From the human T2T-CHM13v2.0 reference genome, Homo sapiens, in the NCBI RefSeq assembly GCF_009914755.1, contig NC_060927.1: DNA of 64,000 nucleotides, one strand, 5' to 3'. This document shows, one piece after another, positions 1-14,475 of this stretch. Both the position numbers and the translations under genes were made by a program. How positions within the stretch are numbered: position 1 is the first letter of the stretch; each line of letters starts with the position of its first letter. The notes beneath the pieces are model-generated. The model was not told where the DNA came from, searched no databases, and was given only the letters and a program-made list of their open reading frames with translations.

Positions 1-81
1 CCTTTTATTTTTCTCCCTCAAGTACAGGTATGACAAAGTGGAGGAAATTGGTTAGTATTGAAGCTGTATAGAAGGTGTTTG

Positions 82-360
82 GGTCTGGGTGTGGTGGCTC
101 ATGCCTGTGGGGAGGCTGAGGCAGAAGGCTCCCATGAGCCCAAACATCCAAGACCAGCCTGGCAAACATAGTGAGACCCTGTTTCTACAAAAAGTTTAAA
201 AATTTAGTTGGGTGCTGTGATGTATGCCTATGGTCCCTACTACTTGGGAAGCTGGGGTAGGAGCATTGCTTGAGCTGAAGTGGGCGAGGCTGCAGTGAGC
301 CATGATTGCATTATTGTACTCCAGCCTGAGAGGTAGAGTGAGATCCTGTCTCAGAAAAAA
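82..360 (+). mobile_element. Alu (AluJ-like) with a ~14-bp deletion in the left arm
   Basis: gggtgtggtggctcatgcctgt|ggggaggctgag (lacks aatcccagcacttt) ... gaggctgcagtgagccatgattgca ... ctgtctc plus A tail. Confidence 0.95.
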
Positions 361-495
361 AGAAAGAGCGAGAGAGAGGAAGAAAGAAAGAAGGAAAGAA
401 AGAAAGAAAGAAGGAAGGAAGGAAAGAAAGAAAGAAAGAGAAAGAAAGAAAGAAAGGAAGGAAGGAAGGAAGGAAGGAAGGAAAGAAAAGAAGGA
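355..495 (+). repeat. (GAAA)n/(GGAA)n polypurine microsatellite grown from the Alu tail
   Basis: Runs of aaag and gaag are directly visible; they explain ORFs 196-618 and 302-703. Confidence 0.95.
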
Positions 496-1039
496 GGTGT
501 CTGGGCCACTTTGCTTGCCTAACAAACTGCCTTCTCTTATGAAAACCTCTTTACTTGCTCTCCCATGTTTTCTCTGGGTCCTATCATATCTCACTGCCCC
601 TGGGACAGGGCAAGACATTCAGTCTCTTTTCTCTATCATCTTTAGCTTCTGTTCTTGTATTAGCTGTTGGTCTATAACTTTCTCCAATCTTTCCTTATCC
701 TAAACAACAACAAAAACAAGCTCTTCCTAAACCCCATCTTTTTTTTTCATAATGTTTTTTATTCTCCTTTCTAACAAAACTATTGTTCTTGAAAAATAAA
801 ATACTCTTGCTGTCTCAAATCTTTCACTTTCCATTAATTTTCAGCTTGTGAGGAGGATAGGTATTAGAAAAACAAAAACCTTATTTCAAAGTACACACTT
901 CTTTTACCATAATCTACTTTGACATTTCCTTTGGGAAAGAGGTACTTTAATTTTGAAAAATACCTCTGACCTGATTATCGTATGAGAATCACTATCTTTG
1001 TCAGTGCCTCCCAGCTAACATAATTCTCTGAGTTCTTTC

Positions 1040-1560
<521 letters not shown>

Positions 1561-2085
1561 AATTTGTGACTTGGAAATGCATCCAAGTCCTGCTCAAATT
1601 TTAAATTCTTTGGCTTAAATATTTAAATTATTTACTTGCCTGTCCTTTCTACTGACCTATTAACTCTATTGAAGCAGAAACTAGGTTATATTTTTTTCTA
1701 ATATGTCTAGTACCTTACACTGTGCTGAGTGAAGGATCAGATATTAGAAACTAATATATTTCATAGTCCTTTTGTCTGTGAATCCCTTTGTCAGTGTATG
1801 TAAGCTTTTTATGGAATGATCAAGTTAACACAAAAGTTTTTAATAGAATTCTTAATTAACAGGGAAGTAACATAAGAATGTTTTATGTGGTAAATGAGGA
1901 AGGAACAGTTCATTCTCTGGACATATTCATGAGTTAAAACTGTTAAAAATATTTTCCTGCTCTCCCAAAATATGAGAAATTACTTACTCTAGGATAACAA
2001 GAAATAGTATTAGCTTCTCCAGTTAAGTATATATAAGCTTCTTAAGGAGGAAGGAAAGCTGAATAGAAACAATCACATTCTGACA

Positions 2086-2324
2086 CAGGGGTCAACAAGC
2101 TTCAGCTGTACTGGCAAGACAAATGTGGCCTGAGTCTTGTTTTCATATGGCTAGCAAGCTAAGTGTGGATTTTACATTTTTAAAGAGTTGTTGAGAAAAG
2201 AAAGAGGAGGAGGAAAAGAAGGAAGATGAAGAAGATGAGCAGCATCACTGATAGAATCCACAGGTGTTCTATACAGTTAAATGTGTGCTCTCTGGTTCTT
2301 TACTGGAAAAGTTTGTCAACCTTG
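2086..2324 (+). mobile_element. MER58-type hAT-Charlie MITE
   Basis: TIR-like ends caggggtcaacaag / aagtttgtcaaccttg; internal gctaagtgtggatttacatttttaaa. Confidence 0.8.
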
Positions 2325-5300
2325 GGTATAACAATTTTTTTTCCTTAACAGTCAGATGCTAAGGGAAAGAACAGATTCTTTGGGTTGGCTAAGATTAGCC
2401 ATTCAAATTAGAGTTGCAATAAATTTATTTCCTTTGTAGCCCAAACCAAAATGATGAACTGAAGATGAATACATATCTGTACATTAGTTCCATAAAGTAA
2501 TTAAATTTGTAACCTTTCCTATTAGATATCTGGTATAACCAAGATACCTTCGTCTTTCTTCTACCAAACAAAAGTCACATAGACATTATTTAATAGATAT
2601 TGGGTATTGGGGAAATATTCAAGGCTCTCTGTTTTTTAATAGTGTCTGCAGGTATGCAATTTGTTTGATTAATTGAAAACATCAGGTAGTACCTGGTCAA
2701 GCAAATAGAAAATTTACTATAAAATCTATTTCAAATTTTTACCAGCCAGTCAGTGATTCAATTTATTATTTTGACATTCACAGAATATGTTTGCTATAAA
2801 TAAAAAGATTAATTATTTTAACAAACTAGAGATTAGGATTGAGTCAAGATTCTTCTGATGTCCTAAGGAATGTAGAAGCACACATAATTCACCTGATACT
2901 ATGTTGTAGCACTAAGTGCAGACTTCATCCACAGCTAGAGGACCTGGGAGAGGATGTGGGGCAGAGTTACTTTTAACAGCCTCCTCTGTTGCCTAAAGTC
3001 ATTTGACACTCAGGGAATTACTCAGTTATCCCCATGACTGCATTTTTTTTGCTGTGCCCAGATTTATATTTTCCCTCTGTGTACTTAGGCTAATTGATGA
3101 AATACCAGTTGAAGTCCATGGCAGGAGAGGAAGCCAAGGAGGCATGTTATAACAGACTCAGTATCTTTGGCTTCTTCCCTTCCTTTTCTAGGCTTCTCCA
3201 GTCCAATTTGTCCCTATCATTATCAGGGCTATATGGTCTCAGGAGTAACATTCTAGACTGAAGAGTTGCATTTGATGACAATGTACAGGGTTTTCAGAAA
3301 GAGGTGAAATATACACCATTCTTTATTTTCCCTTTCTGCTTGGGAACCATTCTATAGCTGACATCCAGGCTTTGTGATTTGCTTGGGTTCAAATTTACAC
3401 ATGAAAATATACAATGACTGACAAATTGCACGAACCTAAATGTAAACAAGGCACCAAAAACTAGCATTCACTTTTAGAATTACGACAAGGACACCAAAAA
3501 TTGAAGTTTAAAAATGAATTAAAGATAGATGTAGAATTCAGGCTGGGAATAGTCAGTGCAGGTGTGTTAAATCCACATAAGTGTAAATGCAGCTCACTGG
3601 ATTTAAATAATGATGAATTGAACCTGTTTGCTGAAAACTTGTTAAATAGGAAGTACACAGAAAGATTCATTGTGGATTATGAAAAAGAAACTGAGAAATA
3701 TCATTTGAGGGCATGATTATTTTATCGAGTGAGAGAAGAACGTAGATTTTGAGTTTAAATATGATGTGTCAGCTTTATCAAATTTTAGAAGAAAAGGAAA
3801 TATCACCAACTTCTAGATTACAGCAGAAATTTGTGGAATAGATTTATTTACCTAGATCAGAAATAAGCACTTAATCATGTTAAAGGATTATAAAGGATAT
3901 TTAAAATAATACAACATCCCATTACAAACTGCATTGCAACTAAATACCTGAGAACTCTTTGGAAAAGATAATTTACACTTAGTCAATCATATACAAAATA
4001 AAAGTTAAAATTTCTTTTCTTGTTGAAATCAAATGTAGTCTGAGTGACTATAGGTTTGATCTTTCTGCCTGGTAAAAATCTTTAGCACTCTGAGTGTGAA
4101 ATAAAGTTATATATAAAGCTTTAGCAAACAAGATTTCTTTCCAAGGTTTATGAGAAGGTTACACAAACCCTAAAAGGGCTTTGAAAATCACTGACTCAAA
4201 TAGAAAATTCATGAAAGCTGAGACCAGACCAAATTAAATAGGCCCAACTCAATTCAGCATTACAAAAGATTTTCCAAAATACTCCTCAAATGAAATACAC
4301 AGGCAGCAACTTTGTTTGTATACAAAATCACTCGGGTGCCTTTGGAAATCAGTTGCTGTGAAGTGCAAAGCAAAATCTCCCAATTCATACATATATTATT
4401 TAAAAAATATGGATAGGATGGCCAAGCGGGGCAAAGAGTAATAAAAAAAAAAAACTACAGTTACAAAAAAATGAATGAGGCTCCTCAATTATTTTAATCA
4501 TTGGAGATTAATTTATATGTCTCTAAATATTGATAGTCATAGAAAATCTCATTAATTTCCCTTATTGAAAATATGTATACCTTATATAATACATTCCCTA
4601 TCAGAATAATTGAAATTTGTGATCTTTTCTACACTGGAGATGTTTTTGGAAAAAAAAAAATCTGAGACTTGGCAGAGGTGGGGAATAATGGTGGTGATGG
4701 GTGAAAATATAGGAAGGTCACTAAAGGAAATATTTATGATGAGGATCTCATTACATAATCACCAAATCAGAGAAAATCAGTGCTGAAAATGTTCCAAGAA
4801 ACGTTAGCTAGCCTAGATTCTCTGTCTTTCAACAAACTTAGTTGAGAAAACCACCCTGTATTTCTTTTAAAGGCTAGCAGATAAAAAGATTTTCCAAGTT
4901 TACAATTCAGGGCTTAACAGACTCCTTTGTCAGCAGCTCCTTCCAGGTATCTAACTTAAATCCCATAAGCTTTAATGTAAGCCCATTTGTTCCAGTTTGA
5001 ACATAGAGAAAATAACTTTTTATAATGACTTTTAATAAAAAAAAGTAGTACAATTTCGAGGAAGAACAAATGACAAGTAATATTCACAAACTGGAACTAT
5101 CCCTCTCTTATCTTAATCTATAGAAGTTTTTCGCTGTTCAATCTTTAACCCTTTTTGTAAAAGTACCACTAAATTATGGACCTCCACCATATTTTTTAAA
5201 AGGACAGAATTTTAAAGGCTGCAGTGAAGATTTTTGAGGATGGTAGCATCATGGAAAATAGAACAAATATACATGTTTCAGCATAGTATGGCTATCAAGA

Positions 5301-6779
5301 TGATCTTCTTAAATGAATTATAAAAGAGACCATTTGAGAGTCACTGTGCTGGACTGTTAGCTATTACCATCTTCCTTCCTTTCTTCCTTTCTCCATCTTT
5401 TTCCTGCTGAGACACTATCATTTGTTTCAGTTCCCAACTGTTTTCTGAACTAAGTCTTTAAGAAAGAGAGAGAGAGAGAAAAAAGGAATACAGTAGCATA
5501 TTTATCATGCTATTTATGATTGCATGCATGGGAGATATAATTTTAATTCTGCTTGCATTACTTGAATTTTATGAGATGAGAACTTAGATTCAACCCTAAA
5601 GGCTGCAGTACTTTGCAGAAATTTAGCATTTATTGTTTATTCTATTTATTTAGTTAGTTATTTGTGTGAAGTTTCAAACAGCTTAATTTTATCTTTTGCA
5701 TTTGAAAACTCAAGGTCATTAAAATATCAGGGATGGAATTTTAAACAGGAACTAAGAGATTTACAAATCTTCTTATCTTCTGAGACTGATTAGGTTGATT
5801 TCTTGTGATGTAAACAGCTATGCTACAACTTTCTTGTAGTAGGTTAGAATTTGAGCTATTTTCTCATGAAATTATATTTTAGAGAAGGTTGGACATAAAA
5901 TTCCCCTAAGAGGATTATAATATTTATCTACTCATTTGATTATTTTAATTCTTTTAGGATTCTTATATTGGCTTTTAAAAGAAAAAACAGTAATGTAAAC
6001 TTCAGAGCAGTTTGAGAAAATAAGTCTTCTACTGTGTTTTAAGTTTAACATGGTTTTCACACTTAGAAAAATAATATTCTATTTTATTTTCAGAATTATA
6101 TTCTGTTAGTTTTCAATTTTGAAAAGAACTATAAATAAATTAAAAATAAAGATAACTTGGTGTCTATTTTGAAGGAACATGAGCTGAAGGGGATTTTAAC
6201 ATGTTTTCTTGTATTTGAGAGCATGCTAGATCAGTACTGATAAGCTGCTGATATTGAATTCTTGATAAGGAAGGGCAAATACTTATTGACTGCTCTGAAG
6301 TTATAGAAGGCAGTATCTTTAAAGACTTCTTGATATAAGGATGGGAAACACGGATATTTGTCTCAACAGAAATTTATGCTACTAGGAAACTTAAAGAAAA
6401 CCTTTTTTATTATAGAAGAAAATCATGTTCATTATTGGATAACCATAAACTATTTGTGGAGCCATCACTTGCCCCCAGTCCTTAGGCCTGATGGCTGAGA
6501 TTTACTCAAACATGCCATGTGCTTTATTCCCCTTTCATTGTCCCTCACCACAAGTTGAGTCCTTCCCAACCTACCCAATTTAAGTCTTTTTAAGTCCACT
6601 GAGTTCGTATACAATTGTGGACATAGTTTGAATATTTTCCCAAAGAGGCTACTCCACTTTCTTATAAATCAAGGGTGTAGCTAAGTACTTTTATGGGGAG
6701 GAGGTGGATTTATCTAATTCCACTGTCTCAAAGTCCTATCTAGTCGTTGTATCAAACTGTGCACCAATATCCAGTTCTG

Positions 6780-6960
6780 TTCTACTTCACACATGTGGGA
6801 AGATGATAATCACAGGTGACTTGACGTGGCTAATAAAATATAAATGGAAAATGTGATGTATCACTTCTAGGGTGGAAACATTTTAGAAGTGGCAAGTAGA
6901 AGTCCAAGCTTCTTCCCTCCTGGATTGACCTAGCTGTGGAACGAGATGGTTTTAAAACAA
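6780..6960 (+). mobile_element. Old MaLR LTR fragment (MLT1I/J-like)
   Basis: gtgacttgacgtggctaataaaatataaatggaaaatgtgatgtatcacttctagggtggaa. Confidence 0.5.
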
Positions 6961-7426
6961 CCAAGAAACATTAATAGGAGGATGTACAGATATTCTGTGG
7001 CTAAATGCCTGGCACCATTTTTATTCTAGTCTTCATCCAACCTGCTAATTACCAGGATTGTCCAGTTTTTTTCCTAGTAGGGTAAGAGCATCCATTTGAG
7101 GTTTGGACTTATAAGTACTGATTTTAGAATTTTTACTTTTCCTCATTTATGGTTTTAGCTTCTTACCTCTGTATTATCCTTAGCATTAAGTATTTTCAGC
7201 AGGTGAATTCACCATAAACCTTAGGGGGACTGCTTTGAGCTCTTTGGCTTACATGGCAGGAAATATTTGATTCAGTTTCCTGACAAACTGGATGAGATTT
7301 CTCATATAATGAGCATTCACACTGCCAATGAACATGCCATATGTTTAGACACATGGTTTTACTTTTATGATCTTTAAAACTTAATTTATTTTACGTAGCC
7401 CATGGCTGAGATAATCATTTATAGGT

Positions 7427-7621
7427 TTCTAAGTACCAGGATTGGTGTCAGGTTTGAAAGTGCTCTGATTTGGGCAGGAATGGAAGTATTGCTTCACTGT
7501 AAGGCATACATTCAGAGAAGTATATATATTATTATCAATAGGAAACTTCTCAGCAAGTTTTTTTTTTTATTGGTACTGGCGGTGGTATAAAATACTCTAT
7601 AGGATAGATGTAAGGGAAATG
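7427..7621 (+). repeat. Source copy of a 195-bp local duplication
   Basis: ttctaagtaccaggattggtg...aagggaaatg recurs at 8465-8659. Confidence 0.95.
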
Positions 7622-7828
7622 TTACCCACATATTGATTTAGAAAGGCAGACTTATAGATTATATTATAGACAGCCATCCTATGCATTATTACTCCATGCC
7701 ACTTTTAAAAGGCATATTGTATTGAGTTTTAAAAAGATTATTTTACTCTTATTTTAAGCTTTCTCATTTCTATATCAGAGTACTACCAGGGCAAATAAAT
7801 AAATGATAGAAGCTAGGAAAAATAATGA

Positions 7829-8086
<258 letters not shown>

Positions 8087-8316
8087 TATTTTTTTAAACA
8101 AAGAAGTAAAACATTAACTTTGCATGTTTATAATGTTTTAAATTATAACATATTAAATATATATTAGTTTTACTAATTTTTTATTTAATATACATTCATA
8201 ATCAACAGTAAGATAATTTTTAATACTTTGACAAAAAATTTTAAAGGTCATGGAATTGTCATAATTTTTCCAATTAATTATCATTTTTCTTTTTACATTT
8301 TTTAAAATAAGAAATT

Positions 8317-8421
8317 TTATATGTAATGCTTTGTGAATTTGCCTGTCATCCTTGCACAGGGACCATGCTAATCTTCTCAGTATCCTTCCAATTTTAGTAT
8401 ATCTGCTGCCAAATGAAGCAA
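8317..8421 (-). pseudogene. Near full-length U6 snRNA retropseudogene
   Basis: gaatttgcctgtcatccttgcacagggaccatgctaatcttctcagtatccttccaattttagtatatctgctgcc is a diverged reverse complement of U6; CpG decay; the 5' flank is L1 rather than a U6 promoter. Confidence 0.95.
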
Positions 8422-8431
8422 GTAGTGTTTT

Positions 8432-9115
8432 CTTTTTTTGGAAAGCAGCTTTATTGAGGTATCATTCTAAGTACCAGGATTGGTGTCAGGTTTGAAAGTG
8501 CTCCGCTTTGGGCAGGAATGGAAGTATTGCTTCACTGTAAGGTATACATTCAGAGAAGCATGTATATTTATTATTGATAGGAAACTTCTCGGCAAGTTCA
8601 TTTTTTATTGATACTGGCGGTGGTATAAAATATTCTATAGGATAGATATAAGGGAAATGATTGATATACAACGGACTGCACATGTCTAACATGTACAATT
8701 CTGAGTTTCAACATAGGCAAGCACCTGTGATACCATCATTCCAATCAAGGTAATAGGCATATTCAACATCTCCCAAAGTTTCTCTAAGACCCTTTGTTTG
8801 TATGTTTGGCTTTTCTTTGATAAGAACACTTAACTTGAGATCTACTGTCTTGACAAAATTTGTGGTGCAAAATTCTGTATTGTTAACTATAGACATTATG
8901 TTGTATAGCAGATCTTTAGAAGATATTTATCTAGCACAAGTGAAACTTTATACCCATCAAACAACTTCCCATTTCCTTTGCATCTCAGGCCCTGGAAACC
9001 ACTATCATGCTCTATGCTGTATTGACTATTATAGATTCTTTATGGAAGTGGAATAATGTAGTGTCTGTCCTTTGGTGACTGGCTTATTTCACTTGGCATA
9101 ATGTCCTGCAGGTTT
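8432..9115 (-). mobile_element. L1MA/L1MB 3' end interrupted by a 195-bp insert
   Basis: cagctttattgaggtat|attgatataca...aagaacacttaacttgagatctac...ggcttatttcacttggcataatgtcc. Confidence 0.88.
8465..8659 (+). repeat. Derived copy of 7427-7621 inserted in the L1M
   Basis: Direct alignment, roughly 90% identical by eye. Confidence 0.95.
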
Positions 9116-11514
9116 CTGACTGCTTTGTTGGTTTGAGGATCATGTAAAACTCTATTTGGGTGACATGACAATGAAGTTTCTTTTCTTCAAATGTCATATG
9201 CACTGAAACAATTCTTAATTCCAAAAGTTCAGGACAAGCATAAATCCCATTATCGTAGTTTTTGGTCCTAAAGGATAGATATATAAAGACTCTACTATTG
9301 TTAGCCAATGTGTTGGAGATGAAACACTGAACAATACATAGGCTTTCCTTCAAGACTTTAATGGATATTTAATTTGACAAGGACCACCAGATGGCCAAAA
9401 TATTTTAGTGAGGTTAGCGAAGCATCATGCAAAAAATAAAATTAAAACGTGGCCTTATAACATTTAATACTTATTGCATGTATCAGAGTGCTTCAAAAAT
9501 TTAGCTAGAACAAATTATTTTTGGATAATATGATTGGAGATTTTAAACCTGGCATTAAAACTAGAAGTTGAGAGTGTGGAATTTTACATTTTTAATTATA
9601 CCATGAAGACTTTTACTCTTTATAGTTTTACAAAATAAGATAAAGGGGTATAAATTTTCATAAATTCAATAGAAATTTCCAATGGATCCCATTAACATCC
9701 TCATTCTGATCTTAAAATATTTGGCTGACTAAAGCATCCAAGCAAAACTCATTCTATCCCTATATGACTGAAAAATAATTTTGCAGATCATTATTAATTG
9801 TTTTATATTTATTAACTCAACAGGAATGATCTGATTGACCATTCAAGAGTACAGTTATTTCAAAAAGTCTGTCCTTCAAAGGGCAGCCTTCTGCTCCAAA
9901 TGAAGTACAGAGCAATTGATCGGATATCCCCAACAGATGATTCTGCTTGTTTAATACTAGTCTAATCTTAAATATTCACGTTAATATTTATCCAAGGAGT
10001 AGGCAGGCTTTACTGACAACTTTTACTCTCATTGCATTCCTTATCACCTCATGGGAACATCTGCCAGAAAATGAAATCTTCTTTTGTTTGTTTTAAACTT
10101 TTACCTCTGCAGCCAACACTTAGTTGTAGGTTGGCTGCGGTTATACTTGTGGACTTAATTGCTTCTCATGGTAAGTTGTACTTTAGGGGTGATGCAATAG
10201 TTACAGATCATAGGAACCAGTCCTCTGATATCCTATAAAATAGTTAAGTTTTCAAAGGGGTAAAAAATATGTTCTGTTCTCCCTTCTTAAAATTGTGTTT
10301 CTTTGTGATCTGACACCACTTTTTGATTAGTAGACACATAAATGTCTATTATAACTTTATCAGATTGAATTTTATTTGTTCAGAAATAATCTACCCTGCT
10401 TCTTTTTTTTTTTCAGGAAAAACACACAAATGATTTTAAAACAGAGCCAATTACCTTTGATAGACTTTCCCCTGCTTTTAACAGGTTTGTAAAAGACAAA
10501 GCTGTAAAATAAATTGCCTCATTTGGTTACTTTGGTTTTCTTTCATAAGCAGTTTATCTAAAGTGATTTTGCTCAAAAGCAGGCATTCTATGGATATACT
10601 ACTGAGAGTTTATTTTGCCTGAGGCAGTTCTCTGTTTATAATTACCTCATTTTTTTAGAAAGCTTACTTTATGTTTATGGAGTAGAATCTTGGACACTTG
10701 ACCTCCAATTTGCCTATGAATTGGGCTGTATTTAATTTACATTTCTGTAGGGGACCCTTGTCATTATTACAACAGAATAAGGATGGGATGGCCTTATATT
10801 TATGTAGCTATCTCTATTAGACAACCTAGTTTCTACCAAATAATTTTACTTCACAGTTTTGTTTGGTTAAAAAAAATTATGCTCATATGGCCATACAGAA
10901 TACTTCCCCACTAGGTTTCTTTGCCAAGAGTAAAATGGAATTCTGACACTCATTTTTCAAAATATAATTTGAAGGAAGGAATATTCAAGGAGGATTGCTT
11001 AAGGTCAAGCACTCCCTCTCCTTTTTACAGAAAATATAAATTATGTTCCTAGAAGAAGCCAAAGCAGCAGAAATCAGGTCATCTAGATCATTAGCACCCT
11101 TTGCAAAATTGCTTCTTCTGAATTGCTTTTCTGAATTGGGTTCTGGTATGATGCCATCATCCTATATTGAGGATTGAAGTTGTCATTATATTTACTATTT
11201 GGCTATTGTGGAGAATACTGTTTATTTCATCATACAATGGTCATACAATATCAGGAGACTTAAAAGAAATTGTCATCTGATCTGACCACCAAGATCAATT
11301 GTTCATATTCTGAGCAATTGCTTTATTATATCTATTTAAAATTGTGAATTGCGTAACCTGAGAAAGGATTGATTGTTTTTCTCCCCAAATATTTGTAACG
11401 TACTATGAGCAAAGTTCAATCAGGAGCTCTGGGTTTTTTCAGTGGGAATAACCTTGTTAATAGTAGCTACTTCTTATTAATTCCTTCCTATGTGGCAGCA
11501 ATGTTCTAAGCAAG

Positions 11515-13771
11515 TGCTATGGTCTGAAAGTCTCCCCAAATTCATATGTTGAAACTTAATCACCAATGTGATTATCCCCCTCACTGGATGTGACAGGGGT
11601 GTGGCTCATCTGTTCAGTTGCTGCTGCTGCTCAAACCCCTTATGGGTGGGGGAACATGAAGATGAACAGGTGCAGGAGCTGGGGCGAGCACCCCTGGGCT
11701 CCGTCCCCACAGCAACATCCAGTGGTAGGAGTCTGAGACTCCCAGATCCCAAGTAGGTATGTGTTACAGTGTGCTCTTTTAGCCTTGATGTGCATGGATG
11801 GCTTAAGTCTTAACCACCTCAGTGGACCCTCTGCCTTTCTGCAAGGGCAGGGGCCAATGTGACAGCTGTCTGTATCCCGAGCTCTTGTCCAGCATCCTGG
11901 AAAAATCAGGTCACACACGAACTTGAAGGATGGTGAATGCAGGGGTTTTATTGGGTGGTGAGTTAGCTCTCAGTGAGATGAATGGGGAGCTGGAAAGGGG
12001 ATGGAGTGGTAAGATGATCTTCCCCTGGAGTTTGGCCATCCAGCGGCCGATTTGCCAATGGTCCCCAGCAGAACTGCTCCTGAGATTTCTACTTTTCTCT
12101 CCTTTTCTGCCACTCTTATGCTTTTCTATTCACCTGGAGCTGGGGATTTGGGGTTTATATGGGTACAGGATAGGTGGGCGTGGTGGGCCAAAAAGCAACT
12201 TTCTGGGTGTGAAAACAGGAATGCCTGTTCCCATTTAGGGCTGTGGGTATCCATGCTTGAGGGTGGGGCCTTTGCTGTGGAACTGCTCTCTTCTACCCAG
12301 TATTTACCTGTCTCCTGTCCATATCAATAGTACTAAGAAGTGGGGTCTTTAGGATGTGACTAAGTCATGAGAAAGGAGCCCTCCTGAATAGGATTAGTGA
12401 CCTTATAAAAGACTTTGAAGGGGATGAGTTCACCCCTTTCTTCCCTTCTCCCATGTGAGGGCATATTATTGGTTCTCTCTGGAGGATGCAGCAGCAATGC
12501 ACCTTCTTGGAAGGGCCACCTTGAGCTTCCACTCCCTGCATCTCTCTGCAGTGCTCCTTGGTCACCTCAGCTGTGGCTCAGCTGGGCTCAGATATGGCTC
12601 AGGCCTCCACTCCAGAGAGGACTCCGGGAAACCTTGGTATGTCCTGCTAACTCTGCAGGGATACAGAGTGTACAAGCTGTGGAAGCATGGCTATATCCAC
12701 CCAGATTCCAAATGATATCCTGGATAGCCTCCAGGTCCAGGCATAGAGCTGCCATAGGACAGGCCACCTCAGAGAGCCCCTACTAGGACAGTACTTAGTG
12801 AAGCCATGGGGACAGGGCAACTTCCAAGACCCTAGACCTGTAGAGCCACCAGTGTGTAGTGTAACACCAGCCCAGGACAGCCACAGACACTCGAATGCAA
12901 CTCCTGAAGAGTGGCTGTGTGAGCTGTACCCACAGTAAAGCTGTGAAAGTGGGGCCTCCCAAAGCGATAGGGGCCCAACCCTTAACCCAGTGTGTATGAA
13001 AAGCCAGATATGGAAGATTATTCTCATGCTTAAAGATTCGATGCTGTTTGACCTGTGTTTTGGACTTACTTGGGACCTGTTACCTCTTTTCTCTTGTCTA
13101 TTTCTGCCTTCCTGTAATGAGAAGTCTATCCTATGCCTATCCCACAATTGTATTTTCAAATTACATAACTTGTTTGATTACATAAGCTCACAGCAGGAGA
13201 ACTCATCTCAGGATGAAGTATACCTTAACTCTCACCCATATTTGATTTAGATAAGACTCAGAACTGTAGATTTTGAGTTGATGCTGGAACAAGTTAAGAC
13301 TTGGGGGGCTGTTGGGATGGCTTGAATGTATTTTGAATGTGAGAAGAACATGCGTTTTGAAGTCCAGGGATGAAATGCTTTTGTTTGACTGTCTTCCAAA
13401 ATTCATGGCTTGAAACTTAATTGCCAATGTGATAGTATTAAGAGGTGGGGCCTTTAGGAGTTGATGAGGTCATGAGGGCTGTACCCTCATGGATGGGATT
13501 AGTCACTTGTAAAAGGTCTGGAGAGAATGAGATAGGTCCCTTTTGGCCCTGTTGTCCTTTCTGCTATGTGAAGACATAGCTTACTCTCCTCTGGAGTATA
13601 CAGCTACAATATGCCACCTTGGAAGTACAGAACAGCCCTTACCAGGCATTGAACATGCCATACCTTGACCTTGGACTTCCCAGCCTCCAGAACTATGAGA
13701 ATAAATTTATATTGTTGATAAATTACTAAATATGTAGTATTTTCTTATAAAAGCCTAAACTGACTAAATCA
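11515..13771 (+). mobile_element. Internally deleted MaLR (MSTD-like) provirus: 5' LTR 11515-~12512 (interrupted), internal remnant, 3' LTR 13376-13771
   Basis: Two copies of aaattcat..ttgaaacttaat..ccaatgtgatagta.taaga.gtgggg.ctttagga; MaLR internal 3' end ttgggatggcttgaatgtattttg; terminal gactaaatca. Confidence 0.85.
11571..12326 (-). mobile_element. ERV1 solo LTR (LTR1-like)
   Basis: Minus strand starts tgatatggacaggagacaggtaaatactgggtagaagag...aaggccccaccctcaagc; TATA-like catataaacc; aataaa present. Confidence 0.8.
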
Positions 13772-14124
13772 GCTGGTTAATGTATTAACTCTTTACTGTT
13801 ATTAGCTCCATTTTACAGATAAGAAAGCTGAGATACTGGGACACTCTAAGAAATTTAAAAAACTTGTTCAAAGACAGACAGTAAGTCTAAGAGTTATTCA
13901 AGCTCACACAATCTAGTTTGATCAGAACATAATATTGCTCCCCAATTAAAAGAAGTTTATTTGGCATCCTATTTCATCTCCTCGTTTCATCTTATCTCCT
14001 CTCACCTATGAAATTTGGAACTATGCACAGAGGCTTTATAAATCAGTTATTAAATGCTATTTTCCAGTTTGGATCACATAGTAGGTAATCAGTAAATATC
14101 AATGTACTTACCTAGAGACCATTA

Positions 14125-14475
<351 letters not shown>

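Larger units (their letters stand above)
11458..13900 (-). mobile_element. MIR split by the MST provirus (pieces at ~11458-11514 and ~13772-13900)
   Basis: aatagtagctacttcttattaattccttcctatgtggcag... and ccattttacagataagaaagctgag. Confidence 0.7.

Noticed and set aside
196-703. 140-aa and 133-aa ORFs
   Set aside because: They are translations of an Alu plus a purine microsatellite.
3461-3716. Overlapping short ORFs as a possible exon
   Set aside because: No recognisable protein and no convincing splice-site pair.
8317-9115. U6-L1 chimeric retrogene
   Set aside because: Known chimeras have U6 5' of the L1 piece; here the order on the minus strand is L1 then U6.
11568-13427. Cluster of overlapping ORFs up to 170 aa
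   Set aside because: All lie within GC-richer LTR and MaLR internal sequence, with no recognisable domain.
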